Below, piece after piece: positions 23,648-37,636 of a stretch of DNA of 64,000 bases. Both the position numbers and the translations under genes were made by a program. Under the pieces are notes generated by a model. It saw only the letters and a program-made list of their open reading frames with translations, was not told the origin of the DNA and searched no databases. This DNA comes from Camelus dromedarius. Lineage: Eukaryota. Where the stretch lies: contig NC_087436.1 in NCBI RefSeq assembly GCF_036321535.1, forward strand, positions 118,918,001 to 118,982,000. Reading direction: 5' to 3'. Position 1 is the stretch's first letter. Every line of letters starts with the position of its first letter.

Positions 23648-26600
23648 CAGATGAGTTTTCGAATGACATTTGGTTGTAATTCCAAAAACCTTGCACATTC
23701 ATTATGGAAAATTAAGGAAATACGTTTAGAAAAAGAATAAAAGGAAGCTACCGGTAATCCCCCCACACAGAGATAGACAGGAGTACCATTGGGAGGCATT
23801 TTCTTCCATCTTTTTTGTGCCGATAAACTTTGCTTTCATCCTAAATAGACTCAGAGTAGTATCTCATGCTGCTTTAAATCCTTTTAACAGCGTTACACAA
23901 ACATTTCCTTGTCTTAGATGTTCTTATACAAGGTGGTGGTTAACAGCTAGTGTGGCACACCCTGGAGGGGCTATGAGCTGCCTTCTCTGGACAGCGCTGG
24001 AAAGTACCGCTGTGATGGACCCCAGAGAGGCGCTCCGTAAGAGGGATGCGGGGAGGTCCGCAGTGGCACGTGGATGTCAAAGAGCAGCAAGTGGGATGGA
24101 GGTGGAACCGCAGGCATCCCGGGTTACTCCCTGGGCTGGGATCCTGGCGGTGGAGGCTGTGGTCAGAGGATGCGTGAACATCCTTAAGGCTTCCCTGGGG
24201 GCTTGTTTCAGAGGTGGGGGAGGCCCCCCTGGAGAGCAGGGGGGGGTCCGGCCTGAACAATGGTCAGGGAGTCTGGGCTGCAGGCCGCATGTGGTCATTC
24301 TCTGCATGTCAGGAGACGCATGGTCCCAGCAGCCCTCTCACCTCTCGGCAGGTGGCAGCCCCTCAGCCGAGCTCCATGTTTTTGGCATTTTGTGTTTTGA
24401 TGGGATAAAAATATGCCTGGGTGCTCATGTGGAAAGAATGCTGGCCACTCTGGTTTTCTGGATCTTCCACAGCGATGGGTTTCCAGCCCCTGCTCTGGCC
24501 TGGGTGCTCGGGGTTGATGTCAGGGTGGCGGCGGAGGAGTCTTGGAGCTGGGTGGAGCTCCGAGGCTGATGCTGTTGTTCTGCAGCCAGGATTTTGGATT
24601 CCGGGGCCAGAAGATGGACCCGCTTCTGGTCACACAGCGAGATGGGGTAGGCTCTTCCCTTGCCAGCGCTGCTTTCCCCAGGCCAGGCTGCCTCAGGTGG
24701 GCCTCGCCCCTTAGGTCCCCGCTGTATCCTGAGTGAATGAGATGCAGCCCCTGCCTTCGGGGCCCCCAGGATCACAGAAAAAAAGACTCATCAGAGAAGG
24801 AGGGACCAGACGCCATTTGGGCCCGTCCACCGAGAGACCATCTGTGGTCCCCTCCGTGACCCAACCACGGCACCAGATCATTTCATTTGTTTTCAAATGA
24901 CAAGGCCTTTGATCCAAAAAGGATTTGGCCGACTCTCAGGGAACCTGAAATTAATCCTCCTTTATTCATCTCTCCGTACTAACCAGATTTTACTTTAAAC
25001 AGCTTTATTTTGATTGTAGAGTGACATGCATAATGCTTAGACCAGCAGGCCAGCCAGAAACTGTGTTTTCCTGAAGTTCCTGTTATAAGGTGTCTCTCAA
25101 CTTGAATATGCCTTTATTTAGCACCTGGGAGAAATGGCTTGGGTGCTTTTTTGGGTTTTTTTTAATGCTTTATAGTTTGCACTTTGCTTTCTCTTCCTTC
25201 ACCCCTGTGAGGTTAAATAGCTGCTAGTAAAGGGCAGAACTGGGGTTCACTCCCTGGTTGCTTCAGGTGGAAAAACTGTGTCCTGCTGGCCAGGGACAGT
25301 GCTGTCCCTCCTGACCCAGGGCTCCTCTCAGAGGGGCAGCTGGACCAGCCGGATAAGTCCTTCTGGTCCATCTCTGGCAGAGAGAGGGTTCTGAAGGAGA
25401 CATACCCTGAGTGCTATGTGGTTACCTGAGAGCAAGTGATGGAGACAGGACTCAGGGCAGAGGCTGCTGGGAAGTTCCCAGAAGGAGGCAAATTGGGCCC
25501 TTGACTTGAATGTCATCTAGGATGGGGCCTGGGGGAGGGGAGAGGGCCAGTCCAAGAAGGGGGCCCTGCAAGAGCTAAGGCGTGGAGGTCAGCAGCTGCC
25601 TGTGGAGGCTGAAGAACAGGTTTGAGGAGACAGTGATGGGGGAAGAGAAGGTGTAGTGGGGTTTGGGTGGCAGAAGCAGGTGGGCGCATTTTGAGAGGCC
25701 TCTTCTTCAGAAAGGAGCTGTTTCTGAGTGAGAGGCTCTGTGGATTTGAACTCCAGCTCCGACACTCTGAGCTGTGTGGCCTCGGGCGGGGATCTCACCT
25801 TTCTGGACCTGAGCTTCCTTGTCTGTGACGTGGGGTGTGGGTTGAAGGACGGGCCATTTCTCCATCCATCACACCAGAGTATCAGCAGTACCCTCCTCGC
25901 AGGCCACGTGAGAATCCCCAGAAAATCGGTGGGAGGTGCTGGAACAGCACATTCCAGACGCGCTGGTTGCATTGTCATTAGCAACCGAGGAGCCCAGGCG
26001 TAAGTTGGGGGGCCTGAGAGCCCTCTGCCACTCCAAGAGGGTGGCATTTAGTTCTGGGGCAGCGGGAACCTCGGGAGATGGTGAGGTAGGACGTGGCCCC
26101 GTGTGGTTTGTCTCGGGTCAGCCAGTGACCTGCACAACTGGGTTCTGTCTGCCGAGTCGCTGGCTGCCTTTCCCCACCCACAGCCGGCCAGTGGGTCTGC
26201 ACATGCAGCCAGATGAGGGGTTTTGCAAAAGTTGTCTCTTTGTTTGGTTCCCGGAAGCCTGGAGTTTGGAAACAGCACTGAGTGCTGTGTTGGTTTCCAG
26301 GCCAATCTTTGTGGCTTGATGTGCTTTTGGTTTACAGCCAGGAGGATGTTTTTAAAATAAGGGCTCAGTCCCTCTCAGGGAGGAATGTCCAGATGGAAAT
26401 CTCCAGGGTTCTTTAGCGGACACAGATCCCATCTTTGGGACCCATGTCTAGCCGAGAATGCAGCAGACATGGTTGCATGGCCCTGGGGTGTGTTGTGTAG
26501 GGCCTGGGCCACCTCTGACTCTCCCTGTGACAGCCATCTCCAGAAATGCGTGTCGGCCCCCCACTTGGGCAGGCTGGGCAGGCTCGTGCTTGGAGGTGGG

Positions 26601-27359
26601 CGTTGGGGATGCCTGGGGGCCTGACCACTTGTGGTCTTTGGTCTCATGTGGTCCTCACAGCGCTCTGAGTGTGAGATGATTGTCCCCATTTACCGTTGAG
26701 GGAACTAAGTTGCAGAGGGGGACATGGCCTGCTCAGGACCACAGAGCTGGTGGGCATAGCCAGGGGCACGGGAGCCATGGCGAGTTAGGTTGGGAGCCAG
26801 ATTCTTCCTTCCTCATCTCAGCGAAGAGGATGGACGTGGCCTTGAGGCCAGGGTGGGGGTGTCATGGACCCTTGGGAATCTGAAGAGAAGCCTTCCTGGA
26901 TCCCCTGCGCTGCACGTGGTCCCAGCTGCTTCAGGGTCTGTGTCCTCTGAAGCCCACCCAGGACCCCAGTCTGGGATCCTGGTGCTGGGGAACTCTGATA
27001 GATTTCGGCCCCACCGTCTGTGGCCCCTGGTTGCCCTTAATCATGTCAGTGGTGGTTTTTGCCCTGTTGCTAAGTGGCATTATTGACTAATGGAGCCCTG
27101 TCCCCGTCCCAAAATCTGTGCGCTCCAGTCTGTTGCCGTCCCCTGGAACCAACCCCGTGGTCTCCATCACTCTGTGTCTAGTGTGTGCTTGTGTCTGGTG
27201 GTGTTCAGGTTCCTGGGTTTTTGTCCTGTGGCTCTGGCCTGGCGTGGAGGGCTTTGGAGCTGGGCAGGTCTGACTTAAACCCTGGCTCCAGGGGCCATGT
27301 TCCCACCCTCCATCCCTCTCCCCTTTCTCCCCCCACCCCATTTATTTAACTCTCATTCT

Positions 27360-27750
27360 GTGTCAGTGTGTTTGATTCCTAGGGCTTCTATAAGAAATTT
27401 CCAGACACTTGGTGGCTTGAAACAACAGCAACTTGCTGTCTTGTGGTCCTGGAGGCAAAAGCCTGAGATCACGACGTCGGCAGGGCTGGCTGCTTCTGGG
27501 GACACTGAGGGAGAGTCCCTCCTCGCCTCTCCTGGCTTCAGGTGCTGCTGGGCATCCCTGGCGTCCCTTGGCTTGCCACCGCTTCTCTCCAGCCTCTGAC
27601 TCCGCCTTCATGTGGCGGCTTCCTCTCGTGTTTGTGTGTGTTTCCTGCCTCTTCTTATAAGGACACCAGTGACTGTATTAGGGCCCACCATGATCCAGGA
27701 TGATCTCATCTCTAGATCCTTAATTTCATCTGCAAAGACCCCCTTTTTAA
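27360..27750 (-). mobile_element. MaLR solo LTR (MLT1-like) in WFS1 intron 1
   Basis: ggtggcttgaaacaacagca...tcttcttataaggacaccagtgactgtattagggcccacc...catctgcaaagaccc. Confidence 0.75.
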
Positions 27751-28109
27751 CCCAGCACAGCCAGGCACATGCCCAAGGCTCCCATGGGCCATCTCACTGA
27801 ACCCTCACGGCATCCTGCTGTTCCCACTGCTCGGATGAGCACACCTGAGGTCCCGGTCCCTGATGAGGGGCCGGCTCCTGACTGTTGTGGGACCTGCCGA
27901 GCCAGCCAGCCTGGAGTGAGTGTCCTCCCTCGATTTCCTCATCTGTAAGATGGGGGTGTCCTCAAGGGGGCTGTTGTGAGGTCGAATGAGCTCACACAGA
28001 ATGCTGGGCAGCCCCCACCCTGTTCTCTTTACCCAAAACCCGAGGCTGGAGCAGATGGGGCTTGGCTGGCCTCGTGTACGTCTGACCCTCGGCTTTTCTC
28101 GCCTGCAGG

Positions 28110-28341
28110 ATGGCCGCCAGTGCCCCTCCTCCAAGCCCCCCCGGCCCCCAGCCGCCACTGCTGCCTCAGCCCCAGGTCCGCTCACGGCTCAATGCCACCA
28201 CCTCAGTGGAGCAGGAGAGGAGTGGGGTGCCCCGAGCTCCCGGACCTCAAGTTGGACCTGGACCAGACGTGAGAGATACAGCTGCTGGGGCTGTGCCCCG
28301 GGCTTCGCATGCCAGGAGCCCGGAAAGAGTGGATGGAGCAG
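28110..28341 (+). CDS. WFS1: Wolframin exon 2 coding part (exon starts 28109), 232 nt
   Basis: Acceptor ttttctcgcctgcag|G-ATG-G. Translates [38 protein letters not shown]...ERVDGA. Donor CAG|GTAAGG at 28342. Confidence 0.95.
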
Positions 28342-31300
28342 GTAAGGGGGCCCGGGAAGCCAGACTGTCCTCGCCTGGGGCTGGTCTGGAAGCCGGGTCC
28401 TGGCACGTAGTCCAGGCATCCCCACGAGGTTCCTCCTCTGGGGTGTCCCCCGCGGTCCAGGGCTCCCCCGCGCCACCCAGGCCTCTCAGGCCTCACCTCT
28501 CGGCACGCTTTGCTCTGAAGTTCACGAACTTGGGTTGCAGCAGATGTAGCATTTCCTCCTTATATTTGTAAGTAACGCACCAACTCCCTTCTACTCGTGG
28601 ACACAGTGGGCATTACTGCACCAGGCACTGTGCGGCAGGATGAAGGCTTTCCCTCCCCCGGCTCGGGTCCCGCACAGCACTCAGGGCAGCCCACGTTGTC
28701 CCCTGCCCACTGTGGCCACTCCTCAGGGGCCATTCAGTCAGGCAGCTCTGCTTGGTCTGGGGGCCCCCATGTGGTCATGCCCCTCTGGGCCGGCTGCCAG
28801 CCTGGATGCTCCTGGGCCCAGGCCCTGTCTGTCCCTTACTGCCCTTTAGACCCAGCCTCCATCCCCAGACGGGGCTGCTAAGCACTGCCCCCACCCCAGC
28901 CCACTTCTGGGCCTCCTCAAGTTTCCACTCTATCCCAGGGGGCACCTCCCTGGGGCAGAGATGAGACAGTGTGGGGACCTGGGGGGGACAAGACAGCTGG
29001 TGATGGTGCTGGCTGCCTCGCTGATGCTGGGGCCAGGGCACCAGCATTTGGTCCCTCCTCTGTCCAGCTGCTGCTCACTGAGCATGGCCCTTTGCTGGCC
29101 CTGAGTGGCCATTGGCGGCACAAATGAGTCCAGACCTGCCCCCAGCAGGGCAGCACAGGGCCTGGGGTGCACAGAGGTGGCTCTGGGGCTGGGGCTGGGT
29201 AGGTGGGGACCTGCTTCTTGGGAAGAGATGATGCCTGAGCAAGAGTTAGCCTGGGAGGAGAGGACACAGCATGGGTGAGGGTCAGAGGGAAGAAACAGCC
29301 TCGCCCAGGGTGGGCTTGGGGTGGAGACAGCCCCCGACCCCCAGACCCCCAGGTGAGGGGCGGTGGAGAAGAAGGGAGGCTTGTGCGTCTGGCCTGCAGT
29401 TGAGCTACACCAGGAGGAGCCGGGGGCAGGCCTGGGCACCAGCTGTCACATGAGTCTTGTTTGAGGCTCCTTCGCACCTTAGGGGCTGTTGTCTGTCGGT
29501 AGAAATGCTGAAGCTTCGCTGTGAGTGTCATGGAGGCTCAAAAGGGTGGAGCGCAGGCCTCTGGCTGGGATGTTTGGAGAAAACATAGCTGATAAAAGCT
29601 ATGCACTTGTTCTAAAGCACTGCTTTTTCTAATAATCTACCCAGTGCTTCTCAGTACATCTGCCTGAGTCTCAGAGCAGCCAGCCCTGGGAAGTAGGGAC
29701 CTTGGCTCCGATTACAGGTGGAGTGATCAGAGCAGAGCCTGCCCGGGACCCCAGCATGGCTGGTGAGAGCCCGGTGGCTTCTCTCCGTGGGTCACCGCCC
29801 CCTCCCTGCGTGCCGAGACCATTCCACGCTCTGCACATCTGCCTCCCACTTGCCCACCCCACCTTTGCCGTGAGGGGAACCTCTGCCCAAAACACGCTGT
29901 CACCTCCTCCACCTGTTGAAATCCCACCTAGCTCTTAAGGCACTAGCACCTCCTAGACTTTCCGATCTCCTCGCACAGCAAGAAGTACACGGGCTGTTGT
30001 CACCTGATGCACACGCCCACACACACGCACACCCAATGGGAGCAGAAACTTCCAGAACAGTAGTGAGAGTCTCCATTCTCTTGCTTTTGTTTAAAAACAA
30101 ATGCTGCTTGTGGGCAGTTAATGTGATTCTGTGACCTCCTGGGTCGAAGTCTGTAGTTTGAAAAGCGCTCACTGGTTTGGCCGCGGTGCTGGATCCCCGC
30201 TTGTCCCCATGCGGACTCCGGAGCATGTGTCTGCCTATTTATGTGTGTTTATTTATGAGTGTCTCGGCCCTGAAGTTGTGCAGGAAGGGCTCCTGGCTTG
30301 CCTGGTGGCCTTGAGCTGTGTGCCCTCGAGGGGGACAGGAGGCCTCGCCAAGCCCGTTTCTGTATCTATAAAGTGGGCGTGATCATACCAGCCAGGTGGG
30401 ACCCACGTGCTGGGGACCTGTGCTCTGAGCGAGAGTGCGTCGGCCTTGGGGTCGGGAGGTGGTGCTGAGTCATGGCCCCTCTTCCTTAGGTGCCTGCCTG
30501 GTGGCGCAGACAGAGGGCCTGTGGCTAGAGCTGAGAGCTCCACATGCTTCATGAATGTCACCCAGCTTCCTGGACCCCCTAACCCGTTCCTTCCTTCCTT
30601 CCTTCTCAGACCTCCTCCTGGGGCGTCCACTTTGCACAGCAAGGCATCTGCCCAGTTTTATGGTCCCACTCAGTTGTCAGTGTCCGGTCTTAATGTCAGC
30701 TTGGGGCTGTGTATGTCTGGGAGGAGGGGCTTCATCAGATTTCTTCTCCCCCAGGAGGCTCATTGTGCTGCAGACTGCGTTTGTGTATGTGGGTGTGTGT
30801 GGGGTGCACCCCCATGGGACAGGATACCTGACCCTCTCCCATTTACAGGGGCTTCCTTTCCCCCAGGTGCTCTGTAGGAGTTAAGGAAGTCCCCGCCCCC
30901 ACCCCACCTTCTCCAGCTCACCCAGCCTTGTCATTTTGTTTTTCCCTTGAGAAGCCAGCTGCCTGAGGCAGTTACCCGCTGCTCAGCCCCGGCCCTGCCC
31001 CACGCAGAGGCCCCAGACCTGTGATGGTGAGCACCCGGTGTGTACTGCCGAGTGTACTCCGGGCCTGGGGGCTTCACATGACCCCTACGGCAGCCCGAGA
31101 GAGGGGCTCTGTTCTTGTCCTCATTTAGAGGAGAGGAAGTGGAAGCACCGACTTGTCAAGTGGCCGGTACTGAGTGATGGACACGGGAGCCCCTCAGTCT
31201 CCTGTCCCACGCTGCCCCCCTCTCTCTCAGCGAAGCCGCGGGGACCTCTGAGCTCTGGATGAAGCAGGCCCAGCTCCCCTGCACAATCACACTGGACTAG

Positions 31301-33610
31301 TTCCCGATTTACCCCCAGAAACGCACCCCGCTGGGCTCTTCCAATCTTCACATCCTTCGAAGATCTCTGCTTTGTCTCCAAGGCCTCTGGGTAGGCCAGG
31401 GCCTGATCCGGAATCTCAGTCCAGGCACAAACACCCAGCAGCCACAGGGTGTGGGGACCAGGGCTGGGGACACACTTGGTTTCAATCTGGGTGATGCAGA
31501 ACAGCCTTGGAGGACAGACCAAGTCAAGACTGCAGGTTTCAGATAAGAAGTGTCAGGAAACAGATGTGGTCTCTGTTTGGCTTCTGCTCCCAAGGGTTGG
31601 GGGCAGGGAGTGCTGAGTGAGTGCTGGGCCGGTTGGCAGCCTTGGGGTCCTGGCCCCTCAAGTCTGGGCCATGCCGTGTCACCTTCTCTGTGCTGTCACT
31701 GGTCACTGATGTGCACACAGCAAGCCCCATGGTGCCTCCCTGCACAGCTCCAAGAGCATCTACCTGGGGAGGGAGAAGGGGATTTTGGGGTAAGTTTTAA
31801 TGGACTAACTCACCTGTCCATCTGGCAAAGGTATGGTGAGCATCGGTCAAATGCCCGTAGATAACAGCAGAGGAACATTAAATAGCACTTCCTGTGCGCA
31901 GTACCACCTGGGGTCCTTGTCTCCATTAGTTAAGTCACTTCTCCAGCATTCTTCAGCTGAGAAAGCCCAGAGGTAAAGGTTAAGTAGATGACCCCGGACC
32001 TCCAGCTGGTGAGGGGTGAAGTCAGGATTTGACCACAGACTGTGAGTCCGTGCTCGTCCATGGTGACGACTGCTCTCGACAGCAGTGACCACAGATGGAG
32101 GACTCACTGCACCCTGTGTCATGTGACCAGCACCCTGTGTCATGAGCAAAGCAGAGATGGCTGGTCCTGCAGGAGGTGAAGGCTCAGGCGAGGGAGAGAC
32201 AGAAGTAAGCAGGTGCCGTGTCCTCGGGGACAAGCACTCTGCAGGGGCCACAGAGCACGGGGGTGCCCTCTCTGCTGACCTCGGTAGGTCACAGGGATCG
32301 CTGGCCCTCAGGACTGCCGAGTCTGCGAGGCTTCCAGCTGTGGGTGCCAGGATGGCACTCGCTTAGACAGCCTCAAGGTCAGGGACAGGGATGGTGGCTG
32401 GAACCCTTGGGTGGGGTGCAGCCTGCCCAGAAGGGTCCATGCCATTGTTGACCAAGGTCCTGCCCAGTGGCTGCAGGGGACACTGGGCATGGAAGGCAGA
32501 GTCCGCCTCCAGGAGGGAGATGCGGGTGGGCGAGTGAAGAGGAGCCTGCACGGTGCGGTTCATGCCGGGCAGAAGGGCTCTGAGGCTGATGGCCCTGGGC
32601 AGGGGTCGGACTCGGGGTCAAGAGGTTGGCCAGCCCAGTGGGGCCTCGAGGGTCAGGATAAGGAGAATGGGCATTCTTGGGAGCGTTAGAGGGTTTAAAC
32701 CAGGGGAGCGGGCTAATCTTGGTTACATGGAGAGAACCCATGGGTGTCCAGGGGAGCTGAGGCCAGCGGGGAGGTGGGGTCCGGGGAAGAGGGCCCCAGG
32801 GAAGCTGGGCTGGCTCCAGGCCTCTGGCTGGAGCCACGGGGTAGTGAGGGGGCAGTTTTCCGGTGGGATTCAGAGCTGGACAGCAGGTGTGGGCGCCAAG
32901 GAGGGTCAGGAGAGGCTGTAGGAGCAGACGCAGTGCGCCGCGTCCCGCTGCCCTGGGGACAAGTCACAGCAGTAAACAACTCGGTTTCTCCTTGTCCAGT
33001 CAAGGTACCAGCTGTTGGTTTATGAAGTTTTTTACACACATGATTTCATCCTGACCCTGATTTAAGCCCTCGTCTGTCTGTGTGCCCTGCCCTTGCTCTG
33101 ACCCTCTCACTCCAAGATGGCCTGTCCTGAGGACGGCCAGCAAGGCCGCGGAGGCTCCCTTGGGTCTGGTGTCTGCACAAGACCTTTGGAAACTTGGCAT
33201 CATGCCCTTACCTTTCGCCTGCTCTTTGCATTCCAAGCCTTGGGCATCACCTCCAGGAAGCCGCTCCCATCGGGACTGATGACTCCTGGCACCCCCACAG
33301 CCTCTGAGCGGGCACTGTTGGAACGCGGTTATCCTCACCTGGCCCCTGGGTGGGCAGTGAGCACGGGGGTCCTGCTTCATTCAGCTTGTGCCCTCGGCTC
33401 CTGGCGTTCAGACTGGCTGGATCTGGTGCTCAGTAAACGTCTACTGAGTGAGTAATGAGGGGCGAGGTCCGTGCAGGGCCTGTGGGAAACATGGGCCTCC
33501 TGGCCAGGACCCCCACCTCAGAGCTAAGCCAGCCCCTGGAAGAGAGGAGGTGCAAGCAGTATCCTTCCTGTGTGTTCATGAGAGCCAGAGGCAGGCTCCC
33601 AAAGGCTAAT

Positions 33611-33807
33611 GGGACACCCCCTTCTGCAAGGCAACCCCACCTCTCCTTGTACAGGACACCCCTGGGATACGGTGACCCCAGCCTGCTGTGTACAGGACAC
33701 CCTTTGTGCAAGGCAGTCCCAGCTCATTGTGCATGGGACATCACCCCCCATAGGCAAGGTGACCCCAGGTCCCCGTGTGTGGGGCACCCCTCGGTGGGTG
33801 ACCCAGC
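33611..33807. repeat. Degenerate ~41-bp minisatellite, ~4.5 units
   Basis: Units begin (g/a)ggacaccc-like at 33611, 33652, 33693, 33734 and ~33781. Confidence 0.7.
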
Positions 33808-36800
33808 GCCCACAGCGATGAGGAGGACACATGGGATGCCCTTGGTTCCACATCACCTTTGCCTTCACTGCAGCCCCACATGGGGGGCGTCAGGAGGGGC
33901 CCGGGACTCTGGGAGGCTAAGGCCTTGTCCAGGGCCGGTGAGTGAGGGTGGAAGGACGGCAGCCCCGGAGACAGGAGCGCTGCGTCACTCACTCACTGCG
34001 TGTCTCAGATCGTGCTCTTCTTTCGTGAGCCTTTGGCACGCGTTCAACAATTTAAACAATGTGCTTTGGCAAATCTCGATCACAGCAGTTGTGTGAAAAT
34101 GGAAGCCAACTTCTCTCCTGCTCCCAGCTGTCTCCAGGAGACCTTTGCATGCGATCGGAGCTGGTGGAGGCCCTGGGGCTGCAGGGAGGGGACACCTGAG
34201 GCTCCCCAGCCCGCGGCCCTTGTGTGGTCCTGATGAGTGGGAGCAAGACGTGCTCACCACCATTGTCCATTTCTACACCAAAGCTGCTCGGAGTAGGAAG
34301 GTGAGCTTGTTGGTTCGATCTCCAGGCCAAGCATGTGGTGTGTTGTAGGCTCTCTGCTAGGATTTGGGGAGACAGGTGAAAGTTGACGACTGTTCTCTTG
34401 TCACTTCCCTGTCCATTCATCCCTCTGTCTGTTCAGCGTTTGCTGAGCTGTGCCTGACATTGGGGGATGGAGATGGGTCAGACTTGCTGGACACAGATCA
34501 CCTCCATAAAGGCTAGTGGAACCATGGTGGCAGATGCTGTACCAGGTTTCCAGCAAGATGGGTGTGCTGGGAAGAGGGGACAGCATCCTGGGGGCTCTCC
34601 TCCCATTCATGACAAGATGACGGTCATTTACTAGTTCAACGTGGTATATACAACTCTCTCAAATGTGTGGGATCCCTGGGAGATAAATAGGATAAAAGAT
34701 GAGGGTGTGTGTGGTCCTCCATGGATTGACCGCCCAGGGCCACGCAGCTCTAATATTGCTGTTTTGTGATTGATGGGAAGACTTTAAAAAATGAGCTTGA
34801 GTCAGGACCCTCTCGGTTGCAAGTGGCACAGAAACCCGATGGAAACTGACATCCACAAAAACCAGGTTGCAGGGGACCTGTTCGTTCCGCATGTCTGTAC
34901 AGCGAGGAGTATCCAGGGGCTCAGAGGGTGTGATCGGCAGTCTCCCCCAGCCCTACTTCCCCCGTGCCCTCACCCGCAGTGGGGTCTTCCCCTGGGGCGG
35001 CCCTCCAGGGCTCCAGGCTGGCATCAGCCAGGATCCAGCAGGAGGAAGAGGCTGGTTGCGCAGCAGTCCAGCACAAACCCCACCGTCCCGACTTGGGTCT
35101 GTGTCCATCTGTGACCAGGTGATGTGGTCAGGGAGATGCAGCTGGCTGGTGGGCCAGGTGGGCTTGCTGCCACCACCCTGCCACGTGGACGACCAAGAGT
35201 GGGGGACATCAGGTTAGGGTTAGGAAGAGGCCAGGAATGGGGGTCAGGCCTGCAGAGAACACGTGTGTTCCATGGTCCTCGGGGTCCACACTGATGCAGC
35301 CAGCTTCTGGCGGTGGTTGTTTGTTTGTTTGTTTGTTTTTTGCCACTGGGCAGTTAGCCTGATGAGCTTTGCCTTTGACCTGTGTGAAGGCTCGTCCTGA
35401 GATGGAAAAAGCCAGAACCCCCTGATTGGCCTGCAGCACGAGCTCAACATTTGCGTGGTTGTAGACATATTTGCATCAGTGCCAACTGGAAAGTGGAGTA
35501 ATGAGGGCGGTGAGGTCCATGTTTCAAAGAGATTCTGTGTATTGGGAAGACGTCTTGAAATGCCAGGCTATGAATAACTTCTGTGAGAAATTAATCATGC
35601 GTAGAATAATCTTTTTAGCCAACAGATGTATGTTTGAATCTTCTATATTCTGATGTAATAAAGAAGACCTTGGGCTTGTGAATTCAATTAGTCAAGAAGA
35701 GAGTTGTGAACTTGTGAGAGGTGTCTGGTGTTGGGCTGGGAAGTGCAGCGTTGGTGAGCAGCGAAGCCTTGGGGTCAGCCCAGAGGTGGGACGCGTGGAG
35801 GGGAAAGGAAGGCACGCTGGAAATGCCAGCTCTGGACCAGGCCCTCAGTGCAGGGTGTCTTGCTTTTCATAAACCAGCCTATTGGGTGGATATTGACGAT
35901 GGCCCTGAAAATGACTCTCGGGAGGTCACGCGGCTCTTTGATGCTGACGGTGATTTGCACGCGGCTCAGATTTCTCTCTGTACACACCCTCCTTCGCTGG
36001 GAGCCTGCCGGTCTCTTTAGTCTGAGCCCTTGGCCAGAAAGTGCATTCCAGGGGCTGAAGTGGGGGGTGACAGCAGCCAGAAGGGAGAACTGACCTTGAT
36101 GACTCAGGAAGCACCAGGTCCAGGGCCAGGGGACTGGGTGGATGTTCTGGGCCCTGCAGCCATTGCTGGATGAGGTCCCTGGGACCTCAGCGAGGGAGCC
36201 CAGCTCTAACTCTGCAGGGAGAGGCATCTTGTTTGCAAGCATCCACCAAGAGGACCACATTGTAGGTGCCAGGGACCTGTGAGTCTCATGAAGGATGCTT
36301 TCTTTTGAGCCATCCCCAGCCTCTCCCCGCCACCTCCCGGACCCACTCCAAACTGGATGTGACCTCTCTACCTTGAATCTCCAAGGCTATGTCACCTTGG
36401 GCCCCTGCTCTGCTGCCTCCCGGGGTCCTTTGTGCCTAGGGACGTGCTCTGAGCCTGGCGGAGCTGATTCTGGGAAAGGCCTGGGTGAACGGGTGGGGAA
36501 GTCTGGTCATTGGGCAGTGTTACCGGGGACTGTTCTTGTTTCCCTGAATTCCACCTTCCGTTTCCAGAAACGGCTAGAGTGAGAGTCTGTTCATCCCTAA
36601 TCAGCACCCGTTATGTGGTTGGCAATGTTCCAGCCGCATCCCCTGCGTCACTGCGAGGTATCCTGCCACATGCCAAGGCAGGGTATGGCGGAGAGCGGAG
36701 GCAAGGTGTGGTGTTGGGTATAGGCCCCTGGCTATTAGTTGCTTAAATCAAAGAAAGGGACTGGTAAAAAGTGATTAAAAAAAAAAACTATGTTGGCTGC

Positions 36801-37636
36801 CCACTGACAGAGAGGTGGCAGTGAAATTGATGAAGCTATGTGACGCTTTTGTGACTTAGGATAACTTTTTACAAAGTTACAAAGTAAAATGAGCACTAGC
36901 TGGAGGACGATTGGAGCTAGTCATTCACCTGAAGAACATATACCAGGAGAATGAATGAAATGATACGTGAAATGAAAAAATGCATCCACAGAGTTGTTTG
37001 TGGCACCGTTTTATAAAATTAGGGAGTGTGGGAATAACCTGAAGTTCCGATGGAGAAGAGAGGCCCAGAGCCTGAGTGTCCCCTCAGGGGGATTTCTGAG
37101 ATGCTGAAATGGCCCTTTTCACTGCAGAGCAACATGGGAAATTGATTGTGATTCACTATTATCGATATATATGTGTATCAGAATGTGTGTACAGCCATCA
37201 TGAGCTCCCAAAATCATGGGTGTGTAGACCACGATCTCTAAAAACATGAATTTGGTTTGCTTAATGGGGTGCTGGGGATTGGGTGCAAGTTCTCTCTTCA
37301 GGTCAAGGGCTTTCAAACTTGAGCCCTCGGATCTTCCTAGAGCCCCGTTCAAGCCTGAGCGCAGCTGCTCTGGCTGCCGTGAGCTGAGGGGGTGACAGCG
37401 GGGCTCGGGCCTGCGCTCCCTCGTCTGCCCTGCCCCTTCCACCCGGAGCTCTGAGCTGGAACCCGGCCCGGCAGCTCTGCCTCTGCAGCGTCGGAGGGTG
37501 GCGGGCGGCTTCCTGGTGCGTTCTCTCCGTGTCTCCTCTCGCGCTCCTGACCTGTTCTTGCTGTCCCTTCCCTTCTCGGACAAGCAACGAGGACCAGCTT
37601 GGTGACATTCCATCTGCTTGTTCTTCTGTGTTAAAG

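Noticed and set aside
32109..32144. 15-bp direct repeat gcaccctgtgtcatg with 21-bp period
   Set aside because: A small slippage-type duplication with no further structure.
33611..33807. CRISPR-like repeat-spacer appearance
   Set aside because: The context is mammalian and the 'spacers' resemble each other, so this is a degenerate minisatellite.
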